From positions 18,704 through 82,703 of the forward strand of contig CAZIAD010000011.1 of the NCBI GenBank assembly GCA_964537555.1: a stretch of 64,000 bases of DNA, in the 5' to 3' direction. Below are positions 37,986-47,253 of this stretch, one piece after another. Position 1 is the stretch's first letter. Each line of letters begins with the position of its first letter. This DNA is from an uncultured Brevinematales bacterium. Its GTDB lineage: Bacteria; Spirochaetota; Brevinematia; Brevinematales; CAYRWR01. The translations under genes and the position numbers were made by a program. The notes below the pieces were generated by a model that saw nothing but the letters and a program-made list of their open reading frames with translations, had not been told where the DNA came from and did no database searches.

Positions 37986-38282
37986 TTAAACTCCCTTCCC
38001 TTTTCCACTTTCTTCCTTAGGGCTGCCCAGCAGTAGCCTTTCCTTGCGTTTACAGAGCACACTATAAATAACTGCCAGGATCAAAGCAAACACGATGATC
38101 CCCAGTCCGTAAAAAACCGCCAGGTTCAGGCCGAAAATCATCACTATATCCATTAATTCCACATTAAAAACCGATATAAACACAAAACCGCTATATGCCG
38201 TCACATAGATCAAAAACATCAACAGGCCCAGCTTTTGTTTATACTGAATCACTTCTTCATTTCTGTCCTGTTTCATTTCCAT
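37986..38282 (-). CDS. DUF485 (YjcH-like) small inner-membrane protein
   Basis: 98 aa with two TM segments (LGLLMFLIYVTAYSGFVFISVF; LAVFYGLGIIVFALILAVIY). Its stop lies 2 nt before the symporter start. Confidence 0.7.
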   Translation of the reverse strand: MEMKQDRNEEVIQYKQKLGLLMFLIYVTAYSGFVFISVFNVELMDIVMIFGLNLAVFYGLGIIVFALILAVIYSVLCKRKERLLLGSPKEESGKGKGV

Positions 38283-38574
38283 AGATATTGCTCCTCTATT
38301 GAGATAAAGTATAAACTCTGCCCTGGAATCACCCCTAATCAGGTAAATCCCTTGCTCATTCCCTGCGATTTTTAATTGTATATCAGAAGCATAAAAATAT
38401 CTAAAAAAGCGATGCAGAGGCCGGTCTCACCTCAGGGGTGCAGGCTCCGGGCGCAAAGAGAAGCCATTTCATCTCTATGTGGAGTCAATAATGATTCTTT
38501 GTTTTACAGTCTCGATTTGAATAAATCCCCTAATATTGCTATAATAAAACTGAAGATTAGCCCGGGAGGTAAAA

Positions 38575-38781
38575 ATGAATTACACTGCAGTGGTGGTAAA
38601 ACAGGATGACTGGTGGCTGGGCTGGATAGAAGAGATTCCCGGCGTGAATTGCCAGGAGAAGTCTAAAGAAGAATTGCTGGCTTCACTACAGACCACTCTC
38701 AGGGAAGCTCTGGACCTTAACAAGCAGGATGCTCTGGCAGAAGCCGGAGAAGTATACACCGAAGAAATCATAGCCGTATGA
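38575..38781 (+). CDS. hicB: Type II antitoxin HicB (minimal, UPF0150-type, no DNA-binding extension)
   Basis: YTAVVVKQDDWWLGWIEEIPGVNCQEKSKEELLASLQTTLREALDL is a typical HicB N-terminal fold. GGAGG RBS is present. ATGA overlap with hicA. Confidence 0.7.
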   Translation: MNYTAVVVKQDDWWLGWIEEIPGVNCQEKSKEELLASLQTTLREALDLNKQDALAEAGEVYTEEIIAV

Positions 38782-38966
38782 AAAGGACTGCCCTTATCAA
38801 ATACCTAAGCAGCAAGGGCTGCCATCTACTGAGAGAAGGAGGCAATCACTCCTGGTGGATCAATCCTGAAAAGAACATGAGATCCTCAATTCCCCGCCAT
38901 TCTGAAATAAAAGATCTCCTGGCTAATAAGATCTGCAAAGACCTGGGCCTGCCTAAAATAAAATAA
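38778..38966 (+). CDS. hicA: Type II toxin HicA (mRNA interferase)
   Basis: 62 aa. LIKYLSSKGCHLLREGGNHSWWINPEKNMRSSIPRHSEIKDLLANKICKDLGL is a typical HicA sequence, including the conserved GSH-type His region. Confidence 0.8.
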   Translation: MKRTALIKYLSSKGCHLLREGGNHSWWINPEKNMRSSIPRHSEIKDLLANKICKDLGLPKIK

Positions 38967-39069
38967 ATAAAAAATCCATTCAAATCAGTTGTTTTTTAAA
39001 AACACCCCATTCTTGAACTTCTCCCTGAAACCAATTACAATAGCATTATTCTTAGCTAAGGAATCCCCT

Positions 39070-40836
39070 ATGAAAGCAGCTCTCCCCGTCTTAATCCTCC
39101 TGGCCCTGACGGCCTGTACTCAATCCAGTGCCCGGCCTGGTACCGAGCAGCCCCGGCCTGTCCTGGCCACACAGATAAAGGTAGACAAATCCTCACCCCG
39201 CAGCATGTATATCAATACCAACAACGTCCGCATCTACGACCTCACTCCAGCCCTGCTGGAGCAGGGAGTCACGACCAATACCCCTTATCTCGAGCAATTC
39301 ATGAAGTACGACAAGGTCACGCTCTACACTATCCGGGGGGACTGGGCCTACGTCGAGGGCAGTGCCCGGGATACCAAGACCTCCCAGGTCCGTACAGTCG
39401 GGGGCTGGGTACCGCAGTCTACTGTGACCGAGTGGATACCCGAGAAGTTCTTCGCCGTACAGGACAATGTCTTTAAAAAGATCGCGAAACCTATCACCTT
39501 GTATGACGACAGCTTGGAGGGTCAGGCTGTGGACCAGATCGCTAAAGGTGATACCTTTCGTGTGCTAAAGGGTAATGGGGAGCGTTTCTTTGTAGTAAGC
39601 CAAAAAGGTAAAGAGGGGTGGATTGAAGCGGAGAGTGTGGATACCAGTCAGCTGGTGGCCAAGGGATTTGGGTGGAAGGAAGAAAAGCGAACCAGCAAAA
39701 TAAAAAGCAAGATGTTTTTAGATAGTAAGGGTAGAGCATTGGAATATGATATTGATGGTTATTATTCTTTAATTACAAATAAAGCTGAGATAGTTTTTAT
39801 TAAAAAAAATAGACTGGAGGGCATGTACCTAAAACAAAATGAATTTGAAGTTAAAATTGAAGAAAAATTAAATCAAAAGAGAACCCTGGGAACAAGTGAT
39901 ACAAATATCAATGGTATTAGTTATGAAGGAAGAAAAATATTTCTAGATGATTTTTTTGGTTTTTTCTGTGTCATAGATGTGTATATGCCGAAATCATATA
40001 GAAGTCATCCTTTATCATACTACCAAAGTCCTAATATTCACGATTTTTTAAAATGGGCAGATGAGATTGAGGAACAAGACTTAAATGAAATAGTTGTTTT
40101 TACACTTTACTCCAGGAATAGTAATCTTACGAAATTTGCTACAAAGAAAATTATTGGTAAAATTCCTATGCTTTATAATTTAAATCGATGGGATGGATTA
40201 AATAAGCAATATAAAATCCAAGGTGACAAGATTGTTTTAAGTTTCGAGTATTATCAAAATGGACTGCATTTAGATCCGGTGAAATCTCTTCCGGATTTGT
40301 CAGGTGAGGATGAAGAATTACAAAAAAAAGTATTAAAATATAGTTTAACTAAACAAATCCAGGAAATTGAATTGGATATGAACAAATTTAATCAGGATTT
40401 GATCTATAAGCAATTAGAAACTTGGAAACAGAAAATGGAAAATGAAAAAAAGATGCAGAGTTATTCTAGTAATTCTATGATCGGTGATCCCGTTAAGCCA
40501 CCTTTATATAGAGATCTTCTTTCTATACTCTCAATTAACGGCAATCAATATAAATTTGACAAGGACTTCTGGATTGATGATTTTAATGCTATATACAATT
40601 ATGACTTTGGAACCTATATGATACCTATATTTATACCAAATGATATTGAAAACTCGAAACAAGGTGGATTTATAATAATAAATTCTCTTGGGAAAGTAAT
40701 ATGTACATATCTTGTTCCCAACTCTTCAAATACTGAACTTGAAGTTATCCATAAAGATACTATTGTTTTATTCCAAAGAAATTATGATAAAACCAGGAGT
40801 ATTATTGACATAAAAGGTGTTACCTATGAATATTAA
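39070..40836 (+). CDS. Lipoprotein with two N-terminal SH3b-like domains and an AT-rich C-terminal module of unknown function
   Basis: ATG at 39070 gives MKAALPVLILLALTAC (lipobox LTAC). SH3b-like segments are YDKVTLYTIRGDWAYVEG...GGWVPQSTV and GDTFRVLKGNGERFFVVSQKGKEGWIEAESV. The remainder is not recognisable. Confidence 0.6.
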   Translation: MKAALPVLILLALTACTQSSARPGTEQPRPVLATQIKVDKSSPRSMYINTNNVRIYDLTPALLEQGVTTNTPYLEQFMKYDKVTLYTIRGDWAYVEGSARDTKTSQVRTVGGWVPQSTVTEWIPEKFFAVQDNVFKKIAKPITLYDDSLEGQAVDQIAKGDTFRVLKGNGERFFVVSQKGKEGWIEAESVDTSQLVAKGFGWKEEKRTSKIKSKMFLDSKGRALEYDIDGYYSLITNKAEIVFIKKNRLEGMYLKQNEFEVKIEEKLNQKRTLGTSDTNINGISYEGRKIFLDDFFGFFCVIDVYMPKSYRSHPLSYYQSPNIHDFLKWADEIEEQDLNEIVVFTLYSRNSNLTKFATKKIIGKIPMLYNLNRWDGLNKQYKIQGDKIVLSFEYYQNGLHLDPVKSLPDLSGEDEELQKKVLKYSLTKQIQEIELDMNKFNQDLIYKQLETWKQKMENEKKMQSYSSNSMIGDPVKPPLYRDLLSILSINGNQYKFDKDFWIDDFNAIYNYDFGTYMIPIFIPNDIENSKQGGFIIINSLGKVICTYLVPNSSNTELEVIHKDTIVLFQRNYDKTRSIIDIKGVTYEY

Positions 40837-41032
40837 ACTTCAATTTATCTTTGCATTAATACTTTTTTCTGGTATTTCATATGCGAAAGTAAGTGTATAT
40901 GAGAAGATTCCCATGAAATTGCCTGTCGCATATTATATTGAAAATCAACTTGATTGGAAAGGAAACCCTGGTGAAAATAATGATTACCCCAAAGGAAAAT
41001 ATACTGGCTGTACTGTGATGGTATTCACCTGA
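40826..41032 (+). CDS. Short signal-peptide ORF ending at a composition boundary (possible 5' gene fragment)
   Basis: MNIKLQFIFALILFSGISYA looks like a signal peptide. The ORF overlaps the previous stop and terminates where AT-rich DNA gives way to GC-rich non-coding DNA. No family recognised. Confidence 0.3.
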   Translation: MNIKLQFIFALILFSGISYAKVSVYEKIPMKLPVAYYIENQLDWKGNPGENNDYPKGKYTGCTVMVFT

Positions 41033-41119
41033 CATATACCGCCCCGCCTTCCACCCCCACCTCGATAGTGGGGTTAGACTGCGCGGGTATAAACTCGGTG
41101 TTCGTCTCAACTTAACAGA

Positions 41120-41230
41120 CTGGCCATCCCATCCGTGTAAATCCTGTCAATCCGTGTCTTACAAACGGTAAAAGGATAAAAGCATATCTCTATACAAAAT
41201 CTCCCTCATATATAAAACCGGGGAAAGATC
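41120..41230 (+). repeat. Direct repeat copy B (~111 bp) flanking the AAA ATPase gene
   Basis: The 42-nt core 41120-41161 equals 42500-42541 except one base (41148 c vs 42528 a). The rest aligns at roughly three-quarters identity by eye. Both copies end in accggggaaagatc. Confidence 0.85.
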
Positions 41231-41291
41231 GCCACAGGGGTGCAGGCCGGAGCGGAATCGCAATGACGGTACTAATGAGGTGAATGTTGCT

Positions 41292-42446
41292 TCAGGCCAG
41301 GCTGGATAGGAAAAACTGCAGGGAGCAGACCCGGATGTTTTCTTTGAGGGGATAGGGTGAGTCTACCGGAGCCACGATCCACAGCTCCTCCAATCCCAGG
41401 TCCGCAAACGCATTGATAGTGCCGGTGCTCAAAGCCGGAGATTTAGAGAGCTTAAACTCCACTCCGATCTTTCGTTTTCCTTTTACCAGTATGAGGTCGA
41501 TCTCCCCCTGGTTGGAATTGCGGTAATAATAGGCATTCCAGGCATGGATCTGCAGATGGGACAGGATATTTTCCACACAGTAGGCTTCCCAGGAATTCCC
41601 GGCTAAGGGATGGCCCAGCAGATCATCAATGCTACTGATACCCAGTAATAAGTGTAAGATACCTGTGTCTCTCAGATATATTTTTGGAGATTTTACGATT
41701 CTTTTTTTGATATTGGCCTCATAAGGAGGCAGGACCCTGAGCAAAAACAACTGGGAAAAAATATCCAGGTAGGATGACACAGTATTATGGCTGACCCCCA
41801 GAGAGGAGCCGATCTTACTTCTGTTGATCACCTGGCCATTGATATGGGCACACATACTTAAAAATCTGCGGTGCAGCTCAGGCTGGGCTAACTTACCGTA
41901 TGAAGGAATATCCCGTTCCAGGATATTGATCAGATAATTCTCTCTCCATCTATAGGACAAGTCTTCCGGAGCAAAAAGCGATCCCGGGAAGCCGCCCTTT
42001 AACCAGTGCTCCATATAATCGACATCCGCTAATTCATTAAGGGAAAAAGGATTCAGGTATTCGTAGGCTATCCTGCCCGCCAGGCTCTCGGAGCTTTGCC
42101 TGAGTAGATCAGGAGAGGCAGACCCTAAAATCAATATCTGGCCCGGCCTGTTCTGCCTATCCACTATTGCTCTCAATATAGAAAATAGCTCCGGTTTTCT
42201 CTGGATCTCATCCAGACAGACCAGGGCATCCTTGTGCTGATCCAGATACAGCTCCGGATCATTGAGTTTATTGGCATCGGAAGGAAGTTCCAGATCCAGA
42301 TAGACAGTGTGGGGCAGATTCTTCACCAGATGCCTAGCCAGTGTGGACTTGCCGCACTGTCGGGGCCCCAGAATGCCCACCATGGGAAAATATGACAAAT
42401 CCTGAATAATCCTCTGCTGTAGAAAACGTTCTATATAACCATGCAT
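41292..42446 (-). CDS. AAA+ ATPase with C-terminal DUF4143-type domain (COG1373-like)
   Basis: Walker A GILGPRQCGKSTLARHL, Walker B ALVCLDEIQ, and a typical downstream layout (ILILGSASPDLL ... FLLRVLPPYEANIKKRIVKSPKIYLRDTGILHLLLG). Confidence 0.8.
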   Translation of the reverse strand: MHGYIERFLQQRIIQDLSYFPMVGILGPRQCGKSTLARHLVKNLPHTVYLDLELPSDANKLNDPELYLDQHKDALVCLDEIQRKPELFSILRAIVDRQNRPGQILILGSASPDLLRQSSESLAGRIAYEYLNPFSLNELADVDYMEHWLKGGFPGSLFAPEDLSYRWRENYLINILERDIPSYGKLAQPELHRRFLSMCAHINGQVINRSKIGSSLGVSHNTVSSYLDIFSQLFLLRVLPPYEANIKKRIVKSPKIYLRDTGILHLLLGISSIDDLLGHPLAGNSWEAYCVENILSHLQIHAWNAYYYRNSNQGEIDLILVKGKRKIGVEFKLSKSPALSTGTINAFADLGLEELWIVAPVDSPYPLKENIRVCSLQFFLSSLA

Positions 42447-42499
42447 ATTGTAAGTCTAACATACAGAATACATGGTGTCAATTTTTAACATCACATGAC

Positions 42500-42611
42500 C
42501 TGGCCATCCCATCCGTGTAAATCCTGTAAATCCGTGTCTTAAAAAAAGGAGTTAGGCTAAAAGCATGTATCTAAGCAGAATCTCCCTCATGTATGAAACC
42601 GGGGAAAGATC
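42500..42611 (+). repeat. Direct repeat copy C (~112 bp) flanking the AAA ATPase gene
   Basis: See copy B. Same orientation, offset 1380 bp. Confidence 0.85.
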
Positions 42612-43450
42612 TTTACTTCTACAGAAAAACTAGTGTAGATGATAATACCTTACCGGAACAAAGATCCTTCGCTCCGTATAACTCCACTCAGGATGACATA
42701 TAAGTCAATAGCTGATAGTCGATAGTGGAGAAATCTTTTTAAGTCCGAGCCCTCATCCTCAAACCGTCACAAAACCTTAAACTAAACCAGGCTCCCCTTC
42801 CTCGCCGAAGTCTGCCCGCCCTTCTCCTCAATATGCGCCCCACTTTACACCCCACAAGGGCTTATTTACCCTATAATGTTCCCGGCCTTCGGTCATTTAC
42901 CAGGACGGCAAGGTGCCCGCGTAGACATGGACGGCGGAAGCGGGCCATTAAGCCCGTTTAAGCATATTGACTGCTACACCCCGGCAGACATTTCGCGAGG
43001 TGACAGTATTCTGTCCCACCGACCAAAGATGGATTTTTCTTTGCCAAGCTTTATTTTGATCCTTCAAAAGAAAGCGGAAAGCCCTCCGGTTTATGCGGGC
43101 AATGGCATTATGTGGCTGCCTAAGCATTAGCTCCTACCGCCATGGACGCCGCTCGCAGAGCTGTAGTCGAGAGTCACCAGTCAATAGTCGATAGAAGAGC
43201 ATGTACAGACCTCGCTCTCTGGTGTACTGTAGGTCGCACCCTCGCCCTGACTCGATGGGAAGGTCTCTTTCCTCAGAAGGAAGCAGCCCGGTCCCACCGG
43301 CCCACCCAGATCCCCGGTACCCTAAAAAAAATTTTTTACCTGTATACCATGGGGTCTTACCTACCCCCACCCTTAAATTTTCCCACAATGAGCCCTGAAC
43401 CTTAGCGGCCTTTGCGGCTTTGCGAGAGATAAAAAATACCCCCCATACCC

Positions 43451-43477
43451 TAATCAAATCCCTGAAAATTCCGATTT
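43451..43477 (+). promoter_or_regulatory. Candidate sigma-28 (FliA)-type promoter upstream of the flagellar block
   Basis: TAAT-N15-TCCGATTT compared with the consensus TAAA-N15-GCCGATAA, about 40 nt upstream of the flgN-like start. Confidence 0.3.
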
Positions 43478-43518
43478 TTATACAGACAGGATGTTAAACA
43501 TTACCAAGGAGGGTAAAA

Positions 43519-44022
43519 ATGGACAATATGTTGGTGGTAAAACTGGATGTTTTCCGGAAGATACTAAAGGATGCAGAGCACTCTATCCATCAGCTGCTTC
43601 AGCTGGAGGAAAAAAAGTATGATGCACTAAAATCTGTAGACATAAAAGAGCTGATGAACATCAATTCGGTAGAAGAAGAGATCGTTCAGCTCGTCGATGA
43701 TATAGAACGTAAGCGGGTCAATGTACTCAGAGAACTGTCTGACGCCCTGCACATCAAGCCCAGCGTCCATCTGCAGGAGCTCATTAAACACATGCCCGAT
43801 AATTACCGGGCGGAATTCTCGGTACTTAGGGAAAGTATTCACCGAAAGACGGATAAGCTGGATGTGGCTATGCGGGAAAACGCGGTACTGATCCAGACTA
43901 ACCTGGATATCATGAATTTTACCATGAACTTTGCTACCCGCGCGGCCCAGCAGGAGACCTACAACTACCGGGACAAAAAAGAAAGTAAAGAGAACGTTAA
44001 TATAATCAATCAGATAGCCTAG
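43519..44022 (+). CDS. FlgN-like flagellar export chaperone
   Basis: 167-aa helical protein (LLQLEEKKYDALKSVDIKELMNINSVEEEIVQLVDDIERKR) directly upstream of flgK. GGAGGG RBS. Assignment rests on position plus FlgN-like heptad pattern. Confidence 0.55.
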   Translation: MDNMLVVKLDVFRKILKDAEHSIHQLLQLEEKKYDALKSVDIKELMNINSVEEEIVQLVDDIERKRVNVLRELSDALHIKPSVHLQELIKHMPDNYRAEFSVLRESIHRKTDKLDVAMRENAVLIQTNLDIMNFTMNFATRAAQQETYNYRDKKESKENVNIINQIA

Positions 44023-44041
44023 GCTATCCAAGGAGAGGAAT

Positions 44042-45946
44042 ATGTTTTCCACATTCCACGGCATAGAGATCGGTAAAAAAGGACTGCAGACCAATAATGC
44101 AGGCATGGACATCGTCGGCCATAACTTATCCAACGTCGAGACCGAAGGGTTCTCCCGTCAGAAAGTGAACATGCAATCCTTTGAACCCCTGTATGCACCC
44201 TCTGCTAACCGAGTGGAAACAGCGGGACAGGTCGGTACCGGGGTAGAAATACAGGACATACAGCGGGTGCGTAACCTGGCTATCGACGACCGTATTAATT
44301 TTGAAAAGGGCGGCATGGGCTACTGGACCAGCAAGAAGGAATTTCTGAACCAGGTCGAGATGATACTCAATGAACCGGGCAAGCCCAACCTGCGTACCGT
44401 GATGGATGAGTACTGGGACTCCTGGAAACAGGTCTCGGACAATCCTACTGACGGGGCCAGCCGGGCCGAGCTCATACAGCGCACCCTGGCTGTCACCGAC
44501 ACTTTTAAGCATAACTTTCACTCATTATATGACCTGCGGACCAATGCCAATGCCCTCATCGAGCAGAAAGTAGGCGATATCAACCACATGGCCACCGAGA
44601 TCTCCAATCTCAATGTCCAGATCGTGAAGTCTGAGGCTATGGGCGACTTTCCCAACGACCTCTATGACAAGCGTGACCTCCTGGTAGACAAGCTGGCCTC
44701 CCTGGTGGATATCAAGGTAGAGCGTAATAACAAACACGAAGTCATCATCTATATAGGCTCTGAAAACCTGGTACAGGGTGAGCATAAGAATCTCTTAAAG
44801 GCCGTAGGCAATGCGGATAATGACGGATTTGTAGATGTGCTGTGGCAGGATAACCGCAAGGTCAAACTGGGTGCCGGCGAGCTGGCCGGACTGGTAGACG
44901 TACGCGACATAGATATCAAGGATGCCATCGACCAGACCGACAGTCTGGCTGTCAATCTGGTGGATGCCACCAATGAAGTACACCGGGACGGATACGGACT
45001 GAACCTGTCCACCGACCTGAACTTCTTTAAAAAACTGAACCTGTCTCCGGCAGCCAACGGGGACTATGACTTTAACAGTGACGGCGCGGTAGACGGGACC
45101 GCCCTGTTTAAGATCAGTGGTGTAGAAAAGATAGACCTCAAGACCCTCATCGGTGATGCCGGTAATCTGAACTTCGGGCCTGCCCGGCCGGGGGGACAGG
45201 ATGTGATCATCAATTACCAGCCCACTGATACCGTAGAGGATGTCATGGACCGCATCAACCAGAGTAACGCCGGGGTAGTAGCCTATATCAACCACAAGGG
45301 ACAGTTCAGCCTCAAGGCGAAATTTCCCCAGGAGGGGACTAAGTTTCCTCCCTTTGTAATACGGCACCTGGAGGACTCGGGTAACTTTCTGGTGGGTATC
45401 ACCGGTATGCTGCAGCAGAATGGAGGAGCCGGCGCTTTTGACTACCAGAATGTCAACGATATCACCAAGTTTGTGGTACCGGAGTTTAACATAAGCTTCA
45501 GCCCTGAAAAGCACGCTGCCGGATGGATAGACCTGGATGCCATGATCAAGGCCAACCCTGACAATATCGCCGTAGCCGGGGGAGTCGATACCACCGGTGA
45601 CGGTAATCCCAACCAGGTCAACGGACTGGCTGATAACCGTAACGCCCTGGCTATAGCCAGCCTGCGTCACCAGAAGATCATGATAGAGAACCAGTCTACC
45701 ATGGGGGACTTTTTTAAGAAGATGGTGGGCGACATGGGAACCCGTAGCGAGACTGCCCAGGTCAACTCAGATAAGAATAAGACCGTAGTGGACTCCCTGG
45801 AAAATCTCCGTAAAGAGATCAGCGGGGTCAATGTAGACGAAGAACTGACCAAGATGATACAGTTCCAGCACGGCTATAATGCCTCTGCCCGTCTGGTCAC
45901 CACTATGGATAAGATGTTGGATATACTGATGAGGATGGGCGCTTAA
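44042..45946 (+). CDS. flgK: Flagellar hook-associated protein 1 FlgK
   Basis: N-terminus FHGIEIGKKGLQTNNAGMDIVGHNLSNVETEGFSRQKV and C-terminus GVNVDEELTKMIQFQHGYNASARLVTTMDKMLDILMRM are canonical. Confidence 0.9.
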   Translation: MFSTFHGIEIGKKGLQTNNAGMDIVGHNLSNVETEGFSRQKVNMQSFEPLYAPSANRVETAGQVGTGVEIQDIQRVRNLAIDDRINFEKGGMGYWTSKKEFLNQVEMILNEPGKPNLRTVMDEYWDSWKQVSDNPTDGASRAELIQRTLAVTDTFKHNFHSLYDLRTNANALIEQKVGDINHMATEISNLNVQIVKSEAMGDFPNDLYDKRDLLVDKLASLVDIKVERNNKHEVIIYIGSENLVQGEHKNLLKAVGNADNDGFVDVLWQDNRKVKLGAGELAGLVDVRDIDIKDAIDQTDSLAVNLVDATNEVHRDGYGLNLSTDLNFFKKLNLSPAANGDYDFNSDGAVDGTALFKISGVEKIDLKTLIGDAGNLNFGPARPGGQDVIINYQPTDTVEDVMDRINQSNAGVVAYINHKGQFSLKAKFPQEGTKFPPFVIRHLEDSGNFLVGITGMLQQNGGAGAFDYQNVNDITKFVVPEFNISFSPEKHAAGWIDLDAMIKANPDNIAVAGGVDTTGDGNPNQVNGLADNRNALAIASLRHQKIMIENQSTMGDFFKKMVGDMGTRSETAQVNSDKNKTVVDSLENLRKEISGVNVDEELTKMIQFQHGYNASARLVTTMDKMLDILMRMGA

Positions 45947-45975
45947 GGGCTGCCCCATGTTCAAGGAGGAAATAA

Positions 45976-47226
45976 ATGATAGGTAGAGTATCACAGCAGT
46001 CCATGGTCAGCCTGTTTACCCAGAATGCACAGAACCGGGAACAGGAATTGCAGAAGGTCCAGGACCAGCTCTCCAGCGGCTACCGGGTCAACAAAGCCAG
46101 CCAGGACCCCACCGCAACCATAAACTATATGGACTATGACAGCCGCCTGCATGAAATAAATACTTATTCTGAGCTCATACAGAACAATGAGAATAAAGTC
46201 AATCTGATAGACGGCCACCTGGGTAATACCACAGAGGTCCTGCAGAGACTGAGAGAACTCACCGTGCAGATGGCCAACGGCACCTATACCAAGGAAGAAC
46301 GGACTAATGCCGCCCTGGAAGTGGACCAGCTCATGCGCCAGGTACTGGCCAATGCCAATGCCAAGTTTAAAGGACAGAGCCTGTTTGCAGGTACCTCGAT
46401 AGCTGACCAGGCCTTTATACCCCAGTATAAAATGGACCCTCAGACCGGATTTGAACTCATCGATAATGTAAAATACATGGGCAACAACCAGGCCCAGCTG
46501 GTAGAGATAGACCGGGGGGAGATGGTATCGGTAAACTATTCCGGAAACCAGATGTTCTGGTCTGGTAATATGAACATCATCCCCACCAAGAATGTGTCGG
46601 GCTATACCGCACCGGTGGATGCCACTATCATAGTGGATGGAGTGAGGATCGCCATCAACCGGGGTGACAACCTGGATACCATAGCCGACAAGATCAATAA
46701 GTCAGGTGTCTCAGTCAATGCCGCTGTACTGACCGAAGGGGGGCAGAGCATCTTTAATATAGAGACTACCTCACCCCACCAGATTGCCCTGCAGGATGCG
46801 GAGGGCGGACGGGTACTGGAAGAGCTGGGACTGATAGACCCCGGCATGAACCCTCCCCTGAACTACTCCCCCGGAGCCAAGATCTACCAGAAGAGTATCT
46901 TTGAGACTCTGATAGACTTTAGAAAGGCATTACAAAAGGACGATACTTTTCAGATAGGGGGTACTGCCCTGGCAGAGCTGGATCAGTCCCTGTCCAATGT
47001 GATGAAATACCGGGCCCACCTGGGAGCGGTAAATGAAAGAATGCACTCCATGCTGGAGCGTTACCTCAATGATGAGATCTACTACACCGATGCCAAGCAG
47101 AAAGCCATCGGTACTGATATAACCAAGGCCACCATGGAGATGAAGCTACTGGAATTTTCCCATAATGTGGCACTGAGCACAGGGGCCCGGCTCATGCCTA
47201 AGACCCTGATGGACTTTTTAAGATAA
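45976..47226 (+). CDS. flgL: Flagellar hook-associated protein 3 FlgL (flagellin family)
   Basis: RVSQQSMVSLFTQNAQNREQELQKVQDQLSSGYRVNKASQDPTA at the N-terminus and LEFSHNVALSTGARLMPKTLMDFL at the C-terminus. Follows flgK. Confidence 0.85.
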   Translation: MIGRVSQQSMVSLFTQNAQNREQELQKVQDQLSSGYRVNKASQDPTATINYMDYDSRLHEINTYSELIQNNENKVNLIDGHLGNTTEVLQRLRELTVQMANGTYTKEERTNAALEVDQLMRQVLANANAKFKGQSLFAGTSIADQAFIPQYKMDPQTGFELIDNVKYMGNNQAQLVEIDRGEMVSVNYSGNQMFWSGNMNIIPTKNVSGYTAPVDATIIVDGVRIAINRGDNLDTIADKINKSGVSVNAAVLTEGGQSIFNIETTSPHQIALQDAEGGRVLEELGLIDPGMNPPLNYSPGAKIYQKSIFETLIDFRKALQKDDTFQIGGTALAELDQSLSNVMKYRAHLGAVNERMHSMLERYLNDEIYYTDAKQKAIGTDITKATMEMKLLEFSHNVALSTGARLMPKTLMDFLR

Positions 47227-47253
47227 GAACTGACACTTAAGGCGCTAATTACA

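Noticed and set aside
43255-43305. SRP (4.5S) RNA-like string GGAAGCAGCC preceded by AGGTC...TTCC
   Set aside because: The 3' strand of the SRP domain IV motif is matched. However, the 5' side of the symmetric loop reads TCT instead of the conserved AGG, and the apical loop would be a hexaloop (TCAGAA) rather than GNRA. I also could not pair the flanks into the long closing helix. It is probably coincidence or a decayed fragment. A cmscan with the bacterial small SRP model would settle it.
42876-43457. ORFs of 84 aa (plus strand) and 107 aa (minus strand) in the long non-coding tract
   Set aside because: Neither has a ribosome-binding site, both have unusual composition, and the sequences overlap repeat fragments. 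I treat them as non-coding until shown otherwise.
44795-45670. 291-aa minus-strand ORF inside flgK
   Set aside because: It is antisense to a canonical flgK and has no recognisable family. It is a shadow ORF.
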